This document shows, one piece after another, positions 15,989 through 28,704 of a stretch of 64,000 nt of DNA. The notes below the pieces were generated by a model. That model saw only the letters and a program-made list of their open reading frames with translations. It ran no database searches and was not told where the DNA came from. A program made the position numbers and the translations under genes. Source of the DNA: Dictyostelium discoideum. Taxonomy: Eukaryota. Position 1 is the first letter of the stretch; each line of letters begins with the position of its first letter. The stretch spans positions 5,696,001-5,760,000 of the forward strand of contig CM000151.3 in NCBI GenBank assembly GCA_000004695.1. The letters are read 5' to 3'.

Positions 15989-18246
15989 GGTGGTTGTTCT
16001 TGTTGTGGTTGTGGTTGTTGAATAGTTGGTGATAATTTTGGTAAATGAGAAGAATTTCTTGATGGAATAACTGGTTTTTGTTGTGGTAAATTATCATTAA
16101 TATTTTGATCATCTTTATTTTTTAAAGCAATATTTGAAGCAGGTGAATTTTTATTATTAATATTTAAAGTTGATAACATATTACGCATTGGTTGTAATGA
16201 ATCGATTGTGGCTTGTTTAGATTGATTAATTTGTACTAATAGTTCACGTTGTTGACAATCGACCATTTCTTTTTGACGATTAATGTGATCTTGTTGTTCT
16301 TTTAATTTCTTTTCTTCTTGTTGACGAGCTTGTTCAATTTCAAGTTTCTTTCTTTTAGTTTCTTCATCAATTGATTGTTTATAGATTTGAATCTCTTTTT
16401 TCTCTCTCAAAGTTGTTTCTTCCAAAGCTTTACGCTGGTTCTCTAAATCCTCTTTACTCTTTAACGAAGTGGTTAAATCAGATTGTAATTTCGATTTCAA
16501 TGCATCCAATTCCTTATTTCTCTCAAGTAGCTCGAATTCACGTTTTTTCATCTCCTCGCATTTCTTTTCCTCCTCTACCTTTCTGCTACACTCATCTTGA
16601 TGAAGTTTGGATTGGAATGCTTGTTGCTGTGAGATGAGTTGCTGCTGCTTCTCGTCCAACTTCTCTTTGATCACACGTTGTTCCTCCAAGAGAGCCAAAC
16701 GTACTTGTTCTTCATGTTTTCTGCTTAGGTCTCTCTCTTTTTGAACCTCTATCAACTGTCTCTTCATCTCTTCTTGTTGCCATTGCAAAGCTGCTTGTTT
16801 AGCTTGTTCCATTTGTTTTAGATCTTCTTCACCCTTCTTTTTCGATGCATTCTGTTGTTGTACCAATTGATCTTTCATCTTTTGAATTTCGTCTCTTTGT
16901 TTCTCCAATTCATTCTTTAATCTATTTGATTCCTCTTCATGTTTAATTCTAATCTTTTCCATCTCTTCATTTCTAATTCTTTCTTGTTCTTTCTCATAAG
17001 CTGCTTGTTGTTCATAATAAACTCTCCATGATTCTTCATATTCTTTTCTTCTCTTTTCTTCTTCTTCTTGATATTTTTTATCATAAAGTACTTGATATTC
17101 TTGTTGTTGAGTTTGATTTGAATATGTATCAGTATTATTATTATATGATGAGTTATTATAAGTTGATTGATCATATCCCCATGAATTTCTATTATTATAA
17201 TTTGTATTTGTGGCTGATGATGGATTATTATAAGTTGTGTTTGTATTTGTTGGTGATGATGTTGTTGTTGTTGTTGATGGATTATTGTAAGTTGTATTTG
17301 TGGTTGATGATGATGGATTATTATATACTGATTGTGGTTGTTGTGGTTGTGGTTGTTGTTGATTATAATCCCAAGAATTAATAGTTGCAGATGGAGTATT
17401 TGATGGTGTACCTTTAATGAAATGATCCATATTTTTAAGTGATTGACTTTTTTCAAATTTAGATTGATTATCTGTTGTTGTTGTTGTTGTTGTTGAGGAT
17501 GATGATGATGTTGATGTTGGTGTAGTTGGTTGTTGATAATAAGAGTCATAGTTTGTGGCTGTATTATTTGTAACTTGTGAATAATCATATGATGAAGTTG
17601 GTGAATGTTGTTGTTGAGTTTGTGAATAATCATATGAATTTCTTTGAGCTGGTGGTTGATAATATGAATCATAGTTTGTAGATGTATTTGTGGTATTATT
17701 AGTTGCTGCTACTGTTGGTGTTGGTTGTTGTTGTTGTTGTTGTGAATAATATGAATTTGTTGAATAATCATATGATGATGGTGTTGGTGAATGTGTTTTA
17801 GAATTATCATAACCATAAGTATTAGCACTGGTTGTATTAGTTGTAGTATATTGATCATATTGACCACTATTTCTATTACCACTAGTATTACTATAATCAT
17901 AATTTTGGGTTGTGTTAGGTGTAGTTGTATTAGTTGTATTATATTGATCATATTGACCACTATTTCTATTACCACCAGTATTATAATCATATATTGAAGG
18001 TTGTTGTTGTTGTTGTTGTGTAGTAGAAGTAGTAGCATAAGTTGGATCTACATATGAACTTCCATAGTGTTGTTGTTGACTATCATTTGATTGTGCAGTA
18101 TGGTCATATACTGGATATTGTGGTTGTGGGTGTTGTTGTTGTTGATTATCATAGTATGATGCATAATCAAATGTCGGCTGTTGTTGTTGTTGTTGCTGCT
18201 GCTGCTGTTGTTGCTGCTGTTGTTGGTAATAATATTCATAGGACAT
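13701..18246 (-). CDS. RhoGEF (DH-PH) protein with Q/Y/S/T-rich prion-like N-terminus, long charged coiled coil and an IQ motif; join(13701..13904,14450..14654,14986..15345,15416..15595,15676..18246)
   Basis: Real ATG at 18246. Exon 1 ends LRD|GTAAGT, and exon 2 continues FYFIPMEVEARVTKLF. The DH domain spans exons 1-3 (ELYSTELSYLNSLL ... LLIMPVQRCPRYELLLREILKHT). The PH domain is split over exons 4 and 5 (phase-1 junction SNG|DSMIRIIVGS, ...WLQDL). IQ motif IIRVQRVSRKWLARKKF. All donors are GTAAGT, all acceptors AG, and the phases are consistent. Introns are 80, 70, 331 and 545 nt. Confidence 0.8.
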
Positions 18247-18558
18247 TTTTTTTTTTTTTTTATTTTATTTTATTATCTATTTTATTTATTATAATGTTAA
18301 TATTATCTAAAATTTTAAAAATTATGGTGGTAATTCTTATTTATTTATTTATTTGTTTATTTATTTATTTTTATTTATTTATTTTTTTTTTTTATTAATT
18401 TTTTTTTTTGGAGTGCGTGGGGAAAAGCAATTTACTTTTTTTTTTTTTACTCTATAATTGAATAATTTGTGGATTAATTTATGTCAAAAAAAAAAAAAAA
18501 AAAAATATAAAAAATAAAAAAATAAAAAAATTAATTTATCTTTGTTAAGTGCACTTTG

Positions 18559-18598
<40 letters not shown>

Positions 18599-19582
18599 AA
18601 AAAAAAACAATTTTGTAACCATTTAACATTTTTATCCATGTGCAAATTTCAGACCCAATCGTAAAAAATAAGGTTGTTGGTAAAAATCATTTTTCTTTTT
18701 TGACTTTCTCCCCGCATCAAAAGTGAACCCAATACAATTTCAAAAAATTAATAATAAAGAAAATAAAAAAAAAAAAAAAAGTTTTAACAATGATTGGGAA
18801 TCAAAACATAAATTTAAACTCAAATATTTTTTTTTAAATAAAAAAAAAAAAAAAAACAATTAACAATTAACAAAAATGGCAAGCCGCAGTTGATTTTTCC
18901 GAAAAAAAAAGAAAAAAAAGAAAAAAAAAAAAAAAAGAAAAAAAAAAAAAAAAAAAAATTAATCAAAGTCAAAAAACAAGTTTCACTCCGCAACCCTAAA
19001 ACCAGTGTTAATTAAATATCCAAAATGTGTTTTAACTAACAAAAAAAAAAAAAAGAAAAAAAAAAAAATTAAATCAACTTTATTATTTTTTTTTTAATTT
19101 TTTTTTTAAATTATTAATGAAAATTGACTCTTTCAGAGATGCCAGCATTTTATTATTTTCACATTTTAGATTATAAAAAAAAATGAAACATTTTTTTTTT
19201 TTAACCATTTTCCCATTTTCCACCAAGCCTACATTTTATTTTATTACATTCTGGTACCTTAATGAACCAAATAATCAAATAATCAATATCAAATTCTGAT
19301 ATCAAGATTTTTTTTTTTTTTTATTCTTTTAGTTTTTATAAAAAAAAAAATATCATAATATCATAATATCATAAATCAATTTTAATTTTTGAAATAAAAT
19401 ATTAGTTAAATTGAAGAATTGAATTAAACAAAAAATAAAAAATAAAAAATAAAAAATAAATTATTTATTAGTTTTGTCAATCTAAAAATTAAATTAATAT
19501 GATGTATTTTGGTTTAATCTAGATAAATTATTTTATTAATTACAAATTGATAATCACATATCTGTACATATTTTAGAAAAAA

Positions 19583-19742
19583 ATAGTAGTTTAAACTACT
19601 TTTTTTTTTTTTTTTTCTTTAACAACCACTAATTTTTATTTAATTTAAAAAATATCTATAAAAAAAAGACCAAATAAATTAAAAGATATATAACCTAATA
19701 CCTTTCAAATTTTTTTGATGAATCGAAATAAGATTTAGGTCC

Positions 19743-19773
<31 letters not shown>

Positions 19774-19813
19774 AAAAAAGAAAAATTTAAAAAAAAAAGT
19801 AGTTTAAACTACT
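19583..19813. repeat. Two identical copies of a perfect 16-bp palindrome AGTAGTTTAAACTACT, 215 bp apart
   Basis: Copies at 19583..19598 and 19798..19813. The sequence is its own reverse complement. It lies in an intergenic AT-rich region. Confidence 0.8.
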
Positions 19814-20349
19814 ATAAATATGGATTGTTTTTTTTTTTTTAATCAAAATTATAAACTTTTAACTTTTAAAAATGACCCTTATTTGTAGGTATTATTAATT
19901 ATAAAAATAATATATTTAGAAATAATTACTCTAATACAAATTTCTTTAAATAAAAAAACCAAAAAAAAAAAAAAAGCATCAATTACTCAATTAGGAAAGA
20001 ATTCAAATCCAATTAAAGCAATCAATTCAAATTTAAATTCCATTCAACCAAATAACCAATTAATATTATATGGTAGTGACTTGGCCCAATACTTGATTGA
20101 TTTAAATATTTCAATTAATATCTTTGGTATATTAAAACTTAATATTCATATTAAAATTTAAAAAAAAAATACAATTAAAGATTAATCTTTCAAATTTTTA
20201 ATTTTAATATTTCTAATAAAATTTATGTATTTTTAACTATTTACTATAAATATCCAAAAAGTATTTTTTTATTTTTTTTATTTGATACATTATAAATAAT
20301 AAAATTATATAATATATATAATAATATAATTATGTATATATATATATAT

Positions 20350-21166
20350 TTAAAATTGATTTGTTTCATCACCTTCATCTTCCATTCTAATAATTGGATC
20401 ATTTTTTGGATTATAAACTTGATTTGAATTTATAGATTTAATTGACCTATATAGGAAAGATAAAAAAAAAAAAAAAAGAAAATTAATATTTTTTTTTTTT
20501 TTATTTAATTAATTTAAAAAAACTATTATTAATTCACTTACTTTTTTAAAATTAATAATAATAATAAACAAACTAAACAAATTATCATAGCAAATAAGAA
20601 AGAATAATTTGCATTAACTTCAGTAAACATGAGTGCTGCCCAAATTGGACCTAACAATCTACCTAAATTTGAAGCCAATTGAAAAAAAGTTGAAATGAAT
20701 GGTTTCTGTTGTTGAAGATTTGAAAATATTTCAAAATACAATGTGATTGAAGATGTTACAGCAATTGGGAACCCAATTGCAACAAAAGTAACACCTAATA
20801 AGAATCTAAATAATGGTGGATCGATTGTACTTGTTGTAAATTTATAATTTGGGAATTGCCAAACCACCATGAAACCATAGCCAACAGTCATTAAAACCAA
20901 TGATGAAAATAATAGTAAGGTTTGATTTTGTATCTTTTTTGATAGAACCAATACGATTGCACATGAAACACCCAATCCAATGAAAAATAAAGCTATCTTT
21001 GTTAAATTCCAATCATAATCACTCACTCCACCAACATCAATCATATAAGGTATCATCAATGTCTCCAATACCATTCCTGCATTAAATATTAAATAATGTG
21101 TAAATCCATATAAAACTATCGCTATATTTGCTGGTATAATACAACTTCTTTTTGAAACTCTAAATG

Positions 21167-21197
<31 letters not shown>

Positions 21198-22031
21198 TCC
21201 AAAATATCCATGATTATTAATTTGATTATTATTATTATTATCATCTAAATTATTTAAATTTGATTTATAATGTTTTGAAATTGAATTATCAATGATTTTA
21301 CCAATTATTGTTATTATTATACAAGAGAATGTTAAGAAAGCAGAGAACCATACTAATACCTTTAGAGAATTTGTAGTTTGAATATATGGTGTATTTGATA
21401 AATCAATTGAAGATATTGATGCAATTATTGCTGGACCAACTATATAGGCTAATGAGGTGAAGAATGATACATTTGAAATTCTAGTTTTCAATAGAATTGG
21501 ATCGGCCGCTTCTGTTAATAAACTTTGTAATACAACTTGACTACCCGTACCAAATCCAACCAATGTTCTAGATACTAATACAACCGATTGACTTGGATAA
21601 GATGCATACAATATATCACCAATCAATGTTATACCTAATGATGTAAATAACAATAACCAATAACTTTGAGTTTTCTCTATATAATATGAAAAAAACTTTC
21701 TACCAATTGATGATCCTGTATGAAATCCACTAATTGCTGCTGCTAAAAAAAATATAGATATATTATTCTATAATAAATTATAAATTATTAGTATATATAT
21801 TGTTTTTATCTTTATTTATTTAATATTATTAATAAATATAAATAATAAATACATTATGTAAATAAGGCCAAATTGATACAGATATTATTGATAAACTTAT
21901 ATTTGAAAGTAATATTATTATTAAACCTATCCAATATTTCCGTGGTGTTGTCTTTCCTACTATTTGATAATTTCTTTGACTATCACTAAAGTGAAGAGTA
22001 ATAGTCAGTAAAAGAGTTGTTGGTGAAGAAA

Positions 22032-22063
<32 letters not shown>

Positions 22064-22112
22064 AAAAAAGATTTGCTTACTCTAAAAGATTCTCATTTTC
22101 AAATGTTTCCAT
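20350..22112 (-). CDS. Major facilitator superfamily (MFS) transporter; join(20350..20437,20543..~21742,~21853..21985,22081..22112), exon2/exon3 junction unresolved
   Basis: The large exon encodes 12-TM-like hydrophobic segments and an MFS motif-A-like G.H.GSSIGRK. The 5' end has a 32-nt first exon (ATG at 22112, METFENENLL, donor GTAAGC) and an exon 2 encoding TM1 (YWIGLIIILLSNISLSIISVSIWPYL). The 3' end has a terminal 88-nt exon (acceptor ...tatatag, phase 2) encoding ...KSIKSINSNQVYNPKNDPIIRMEDEGDETNQF*. The ORF-track stop at 20538 lies inside a GTAAGT donor. Confidence 0.6.
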
Positions 22113-23222
22113 CTCTTAATTGATTTTTTAAAAATTGAAGATAGAAAAAAAAAAAAAAAAATATATATACTATACTTTTTTTGAATTTGTTTTTTTTTTT
22201 TTTTTTTTATGTTTTTTTAAGGGTGTGGTTAAATAAAAAAAAAAGGAGAAATTAATTTCTTTTTTTTTGAATTTTTTTTTATTTTTTTTGAATTTTTTTT
22301 TTCAGTGCCTGATTTATTTTTATATTATTTATTTATTTATTTATTCTTTTTTTTTTTTTTTTTTTTGGTTATCTTTAGATTATCAGAAATTTTTTTTGTA
22401 TCATAGGAATATTTAATTTTATTATTAGATTTATAATTTTTCATTTTCTCAATTTTTGTTTTTTTTTTTTTTTTTTACTATCCCAAAATAATAATAATGA
22501 AATATTTTTTTTTTTCCCTGATTTTGATTAAAAAAAAAAATAATAATAATAAATAATTAAATAAATAAATAAATAAATAAATATTTTTATAATAAAAATT
22601 TAAATCTCTTATTTTTTTATGAATTTTAATAATTAAATAAATTTCTTTCAAATTATTTTTTTTAATAATACCCAATATGATAATAAATGATGACGGCAAA
22701 TAAATAATAAATTAAATTTTTTTTTATTTTTTCTTTTTTTTTACAATTATTGTAAAATAAATTTTTATTATTTTTAATTTTATTTTTATTTTTTTTTCAT
22801 TTTTTTTTTTTTTTTTAACCACACCTTTTGTGTGTAAATTCGTATAAACCTTAAAAAAGAATAAAAAAAAAATAAAAAAAAAAGTTATTATTATGAAAAC
22901 GGTGTGATTTGACCCCTATAATCTCACAAAAAAACAAGATTTGCTGTTTTTTTTTTTTATAATAAAAATTTTTTTGACAAAAAAATAAAAAAAAAAAAAA
23001 AAAAAAATAAAAATTAAAAAAAAAAAAAAATGTATAAATTAGTGAAAAATAAAAATAAAACAATTTTGAATAAATTTTTTTTTTTTTAAAAAAATAAATA
23101 AATTAATAAAATAAAATAAATAAAAATAGTTATAGTAATAAATAATTAAAATAAAAAAAATAAATAAATAAATAAAAAATTAAAAAAATTAAAAAAATAA
23201 AAAAAAAAAACATTAAAAAAAA

Positions 23223-24429
23223 ATGATTAGAAATTTTTTTTCAAAAAATAATATTATAACTTCAATATCTTCCCATACAAATTCACCAATTCAAACAGAA
23301 AAAATTATTTTTAATAAAACTATAATATTTAATAATAATAATAATAATAATAATGATAATAATAATAATAGTAGAACATTTTTTACAAATCCACAATTTC
23401 AAAATAAAAAGTATGAAATATTTCAATCACTATCAAAACCACATTCTTTAAAGGATACATATAAGATATTAAGTGAAATTTCATTAGGATCACATAATAA
23501 GGCAGCAAATATTAGGATATCATTTTTTAATCAAGAAAAAGAGAAATGTGACATTAGAGGTGTAAAATTATTTAGTGATAGTATCAATAGTTATTTTAGT
23601 GTTAATGATAATAGTAGTATCTGTAGTGAAGGTTGGTTAGTTATAATTGGTGGTAGAGGACCATCTCAATGGAATAACATATCATTATCATTATATTTAG
23701 CAACCATTCTATCACAAAAACCATTAACAAATTTTGATGTCATTATATTTCCTGTTGAAAATCCAATTCCAATTCCAAATGATACTCATAATAATAATCA
23801 AAAACGACAACCATTAATGATGTTGGAAAATACAATTTCACAACATCAATCTTTAAACAATTCAAATTTCTCTTCAATAAATCAACCACAACCATTATTT
23901 GGTAAGTATAAATTATTTATAAATAATAATAATATTAAGAAAAATAAAGTTTACTAATAAAGTGGTATTACTATTACTATTATTAATATTTTTATTAGAT
24001 AATTATACAAAAAGTAATAATAAAAGCAATGCATTAAATGATTGGTTAATGAAATCTAAAAAAGAATTTACACAATTAAAAATTGATTCTATAGAAAATA
24101 AAATTTCACTAACTACAAATAAAATATTACCACAACATGGAGGACTATTTGATATTTATGAAACAAATCCTAATAATCAATCAATAAAATTTTTTAATGA
24201 AAATAATGATAATAATAATATAAATATTAATAATAGCATATTTAATGGAAATCAATTTTTAAATAATGTAGATTGTCCACCAAATTTTATACTGAATTTG
24301 AAGGATTTAAATTTTCATCATTCTTTTAATATTGATCAATTACATTCATTTGGTTTAAATATTTCAAAACAAATTAAAAATATTGATGACACTTTTGATA
24401 AAAAAAGATTTTCACCAATTCAATTTTAA
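23223..24429 (+). CDS. Hypothetical Asn-rich protein (about 381 aa); join(23223..23901,23998..24429)
   Basis: Real ATG at 23223. The two ORF-track ORFs are joined by a 96-nt intron (G|GTAAGT ... ttattag|AT), phase 1, giving ...QPQPLFG|DNYTKSNNK.... No recognisable domain. Confidence 0.6.
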
Positions 24430-24525
24430 AAGTTTTTAATAAAATAAAAAAAAAATAAAAAATAAATAATAATGATAGAAAAAAATTATTTTTTTTTAAA
24501 ATAAATTAATAAATAAACAAATAAA

Positions 24526-24560
<35 letters not shown>

Positions 24561-24645
24561 TGTTAATTATTTACAAATTATTTTATTTTATTTTTTACAA
24601 TGTATTTTTAAATTTTTAAATTTTTATATTTTTTTTTTGTTTTTT

Positions 24646-24795
24646 TTATATATCTTTGCATAATTCGTCATTGTATGAGGAAATTTTATTACTATCTATA
24701 TATTCAATATCTCCATTGGTTTGGTCTTCTGATGAAACTGAGAATATTGAAACAATTAAAACTACAACCACAAGGTGAAATGCATTTAATTTCAT
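24646..24795 (-). CDS. Candidate small secreted peptide (49 aa): MKLNAFHLVVVVLIVSIFSVSSEDQTNGDIEYIDSNKISSYNDELCKDI
   Basis: ATG followed by a hydrophobic signal-peptide-like segment and a polar/acidic tail. It falls below the ORF-track length cutoff. Speculative. Confidence 0.2.
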   Translation of the reverse strand: MKLNAFHLVVVVLIVSIFSVSSEDQTNGDIEYIDSNKISSYNDELCKDI

Positions 24796-24836
24796 TTTTT
24801 TAGTTTTCCAGTTTTTTTATTATTTTATATATATTT

Positions 24837-24871
<35 letters not shown>

Positions 24872-26671
24872 ATGTTTTAATAAAAAAAAAAATAATAATG
24901 ATAATAATTATAAAAAAAATTCTTTATAATGTTCTGAAAAATTAATTACAAAGATATTAAAAAAATGAAAATAAAAAATAAAAATAAAAAAATAAAAATA
25001 AAAAAAATAAAAAAAATAAAAAATTAAAAAATAAATTAAAATTTTATTTTATCGAAGTAGTTATGTTTCCATTTAAATTAAAAGATTTTCAAAGATTTTA
25101 AAAATATTAAAAAAAATATATATATATGTGTGTGTGACTGCTGCCATGGAGGTAGATGTGTTGTTTTGTTTGCCCCCAAAAGTTTCTATGAGACATATTG
25201 TGTATTTAAACTTCACCTATTTTCACTGGAATATACTTTTATGGTTAAAAGTAATATAATAATAATAATAATAATAATACACCTACCACAATTTCTCAAA
25301 AATAAAAATAAAAATAATAATAAAAAATAAAATATTAATACACTATGGCGATATGGTATCTATTTTTTTTTTTTTATTTATTATTTTAAAAATCAGTTTA
25401 ATATTATTTTTATTTTAAAGATTTTTTTTTTTATTTTATTTGGTCTTATTAGTAAAATGACAAATAATTTGTATTATAATAATTAATTTTTTTTTTTTTT
25501 TTATTAGAAATATTAAAAAAAAAAAAAATCTTTTTTTTTTGTGGGTAATTAATTTTTAATTAATTAAAAACATATTTTTCTCTTTTTCATTAGATAAATA
25601 AATGGGAGATTGTATTAAAAAAAACAATAATAAAAGGAAATGAAATCAAGAAAGATCTCTGATTCTCCAATTATTTTCTATTTTATGATTAGTTATACTC
25701 ATCGACTTTTTTTTAAAAAAATTTAAAATTGCCAGAAAATTGATAGTCCCATAAAGATTTAGGAAATAAAAAAACAACATATTAAAATATCAGACTTTCC
25801 TTTAATGGTATTTATTTTAATAATTTTATTAATTAAAAGGGAACAAGATAAAAGTAAAAAAAATATATAGTATTTAAAATTATGCCAATATCTTTTACAA
25901 TCATATCATTCATTTATATATGTAATAATAATAAAAGTAAAAAACATAAGAATATAATTATTAAATACTAAATAATTTTTCTTTTAAATATCAAAAAAAT
26001 TAAAAAAATTATTTAAACACTATAATAAAAGAATATTTTATGTTAGAAATATTTTTTTTAAAAAAATAAAATTTATATTTTTAAAAAATAAACAATGGTG
26101 TATCAGAATATGAATTATGCTCAAAGGAAGGGGTACTAAACCCTCCCTCACTCTAGAAGTGTCAGAATAATTTATTTGTATCATCATTAATACCCAAAAC
26201 ACAAAAGGAAATTAAATTTTTAACTTACAATATTGTAAATAAAAAATGGAATTGGGTAAGCAAGACAAGACAAGAAAACTAAAATAAATAGAAAAAAAAA
26301 AAAACCTCTATTAAAATAAAAAATTAATGTTAGAATAATTTTTTTTTAATTTTTAAATAAAATTATTATTTGGATTGATTAATTGTTTCAGTATTAAAAA
26401 GCTCGTTGTTTTTTTGTTCCACAAGAGTTTTCAGAGATTGTTCACATATACAATCATCATTAAGAATTAACCAATCCTACTAATAATTTTTTTTTTTTTT
26501 AAAAAATGTTTTTACATACCAATTATTATTCAACGATTTCCATAAAATGTTTTGTAATGAAAATATGAAAAAAAAAAAAAAAAAGCCTTTTTGTTTTGAA
26601 AAAAAAAATCAAAAAAAAAAAAAAACGCTAAAAAAAAAAAAAACAATTTTTTACTGAAAATTTTTTTCAAA

Positions 26672-26703
26672 CGAATTTCGCATTGATTTAAATGCGAAAT
26701 TCG
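26672..26703. other. Perfect 12-bp-stem hairpin CGAATTTCGCAT-(tgatttaa)-ATGCGAAATTCG
   Basis: A GC-containing perfect inverted repeat in an AT desert. It lies about 220 bp 3' of the ANP32-like gene's stop, on its transcribed strand. Confidence 0.7.
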
Positions 26704-26919
26704 TATTTAAAACGTTATGCTAAAAAAAAAAAAAAAATAATATGCATATATATATAACGTTATAGTTTTTATTATTAATTTTAAAATATTAAAAAAATAA
26801 AAAAATATAAGAGACATTTAATAAAATATACATTTACAAAAGACTGTTTTTTTTTATTTTTTATTTATTTATTTTTTTTATTTATTATTATTATTATTTT
26901 ATAATTATTATTATTATTA

Positions 26920-27474
26920 TTAATCATCAAATAAACTACTCTTTGCACGTGATTTTTGAGAATTAATATAACTTGAAATATCAAAATCAGAACTTAATTT
27001 TGAATCTTTTCCACTATTATCACCAAATAAATCATCATCATCGAGATTTATTGGTTTTTTAGTTTTAGTTTTGTTGTCGGTACTTTTAAATAAATCATCA
27101 TCTTCATCGTCACTTTGGAATAAAATTGATTTTTTAGTTGGTTTTTCAACTGGTTTCTTTTCTAATTTTGATAAATCAACAGAATCTAATGAAATCTCTT
27201 CATCATCTTCAAAAATTAATTTCTTTTTTTGATTAGATTTTGTACCAAATAATAAATCTTCATCTAATTTCTTTGAAACTTCTTCAACACTTTCATCATG
27301 TTTAACAGTTTGTTGTTTTTTTTCTATAACTTTTTCTACTTTTTCTTCTTTTTGTTCCTTTTGTTCTTGTTCTTCTTCTTCCTCTTCACTATCAACATTC
27401 TTTTTTAATGGATCTTTTGCAACTTGATTTGAATCAAATTCTCTTGCTTGATTTCTTTCAGTTGCTGTAATTTT

Positions 27475-27532
<58 letters not shown>

Positions 27533-27915
27533 TTTTTTTTTTTTTTAAAAAAATATATATTTATTTTTTTTAAAAATATGCATTAAACTAAAATTTACTT
27601 TTCATCTAAAATTAAAAGAGTTGGTAAATTTTGAATTACAATAAGTCTGTAATTATTTTGTTTTGTTACAGGGTTTCCAGTTAAATTTAAATCTTCAATT
27701 ACTGGTAAATCAAATAAACCTTTGATATTACGAATTAGTTGAAATCTATTTGATGATAAATCTAATTTCTTTAAACATTTTAATCTTGAAAATGATGAAG
27801 TTGCATCAATGAATCCTAATGATGATAATTCAAGTTCTTCAATTGAATTGATATCAATTTTTTTACCAATTTTAAAACTGATATTATCTGGTGTTAATTT
27901 AGTTGCACTACTCAT
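26920..27915 (-). CDS. ANP32-family-like protein: N-terminal LRR/LRRcap followed by a long acidic tail; join(26920..27475,27599..27915)
   Basis: Real ATG at 27915. LRRs LELSSLGFIDATS..LKCLKKLDLSSNRFQ..LPVIEDLNLTGNPV plus a cap-like NYRLIVIQNLPTLLILD. Donor AA|GTAAAT (phase 2), 122-nt intron with a 45-nt T/A run, acceptor AG at 27476. Exon 2 encodes a D/E-rich tail (...SEEEEEQEQKEQKEE ... DDEDDDLF ... DDDDLFGD...). Confidence 0.65.
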
Positions 27916-28704
27916 TTCTTAATTTTTTAATATATGTAATATAAAATGACAATGAATTAAAAAAAAAAAAAAAAAAAAGAAAAATAAAAAAAAAATAAAA
28001 AAAAAAGTTGAAAAAAAGTTTTATTGAGACTTGGGGTAGTACAATAAAATAAAAAAAAAAGTTTTGTTGAATATTTGGGTAGTACAATAAAATAAAAAAA
28101 TAAAAATTATAAAAAAAAAATTAAAAATTAAAAAATAAAAAATAAAAAAAAGAAATCTAAGGTTTGGTCACCACGTTTTAAAAGAGTTTTTTTTATTTTT
28201 TATTTTTTTAATTTATTTAAATATAAGATATCTTCTTTTTATTTTAATTAATTATTTTTATTTTTTTTTTTTATTTTTTTTTATTTTTTATTTTTTATTT
28301 TTTTTTTTGATCATTTAATTAAATGATTTAAAAGGTTTGCCAGAGATAATAAAGAAATTGATTGTTTATTATTATTACTACTACTATTATTATTATTTTT
28401 TTTTTTTTTTTTTAATTTTATTTTTTTTTTTTTTTTTAATTTCATATTGCCACTATCACCTGGTGATTATATTTTAATATTTACACATGTAAAAACATAT
28501 GAAAAATCACTTTAATGGCGTAATTAAAACGGTTTTTTTAAAAAAATATATTTTTTAATTTTTTTTTTTTAATTTTTTTATTTTTTCTTTTTTTTTTTTT
28601 TTTTTTTTTTTTTTTGGTGTTTATAAAATTTTTTTTTTTGAAAATTTTTTTTTTTTTTTTTTTTCGTTTTTTTAATTTTATAAATAAATAAATATATACA
28701 CAAA

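Noticed and set aside
22478-23063. ORFs 22478..22699 - and 22851..23063 - between the MFS gene and the hypothetical gene
   Set aside because: They are poly-F/K/I translations of the AT-rich divergent promoter region.
25130-25330. ORF 25130..25330 + (MCDCCHGGRCVV...) in a GC-richer patch
   Set aside because: Only 66 codons, begins in a (GT)-like run, and half is a poly-I repeat translation. More likely promoter or non-coding sequence than a gene.
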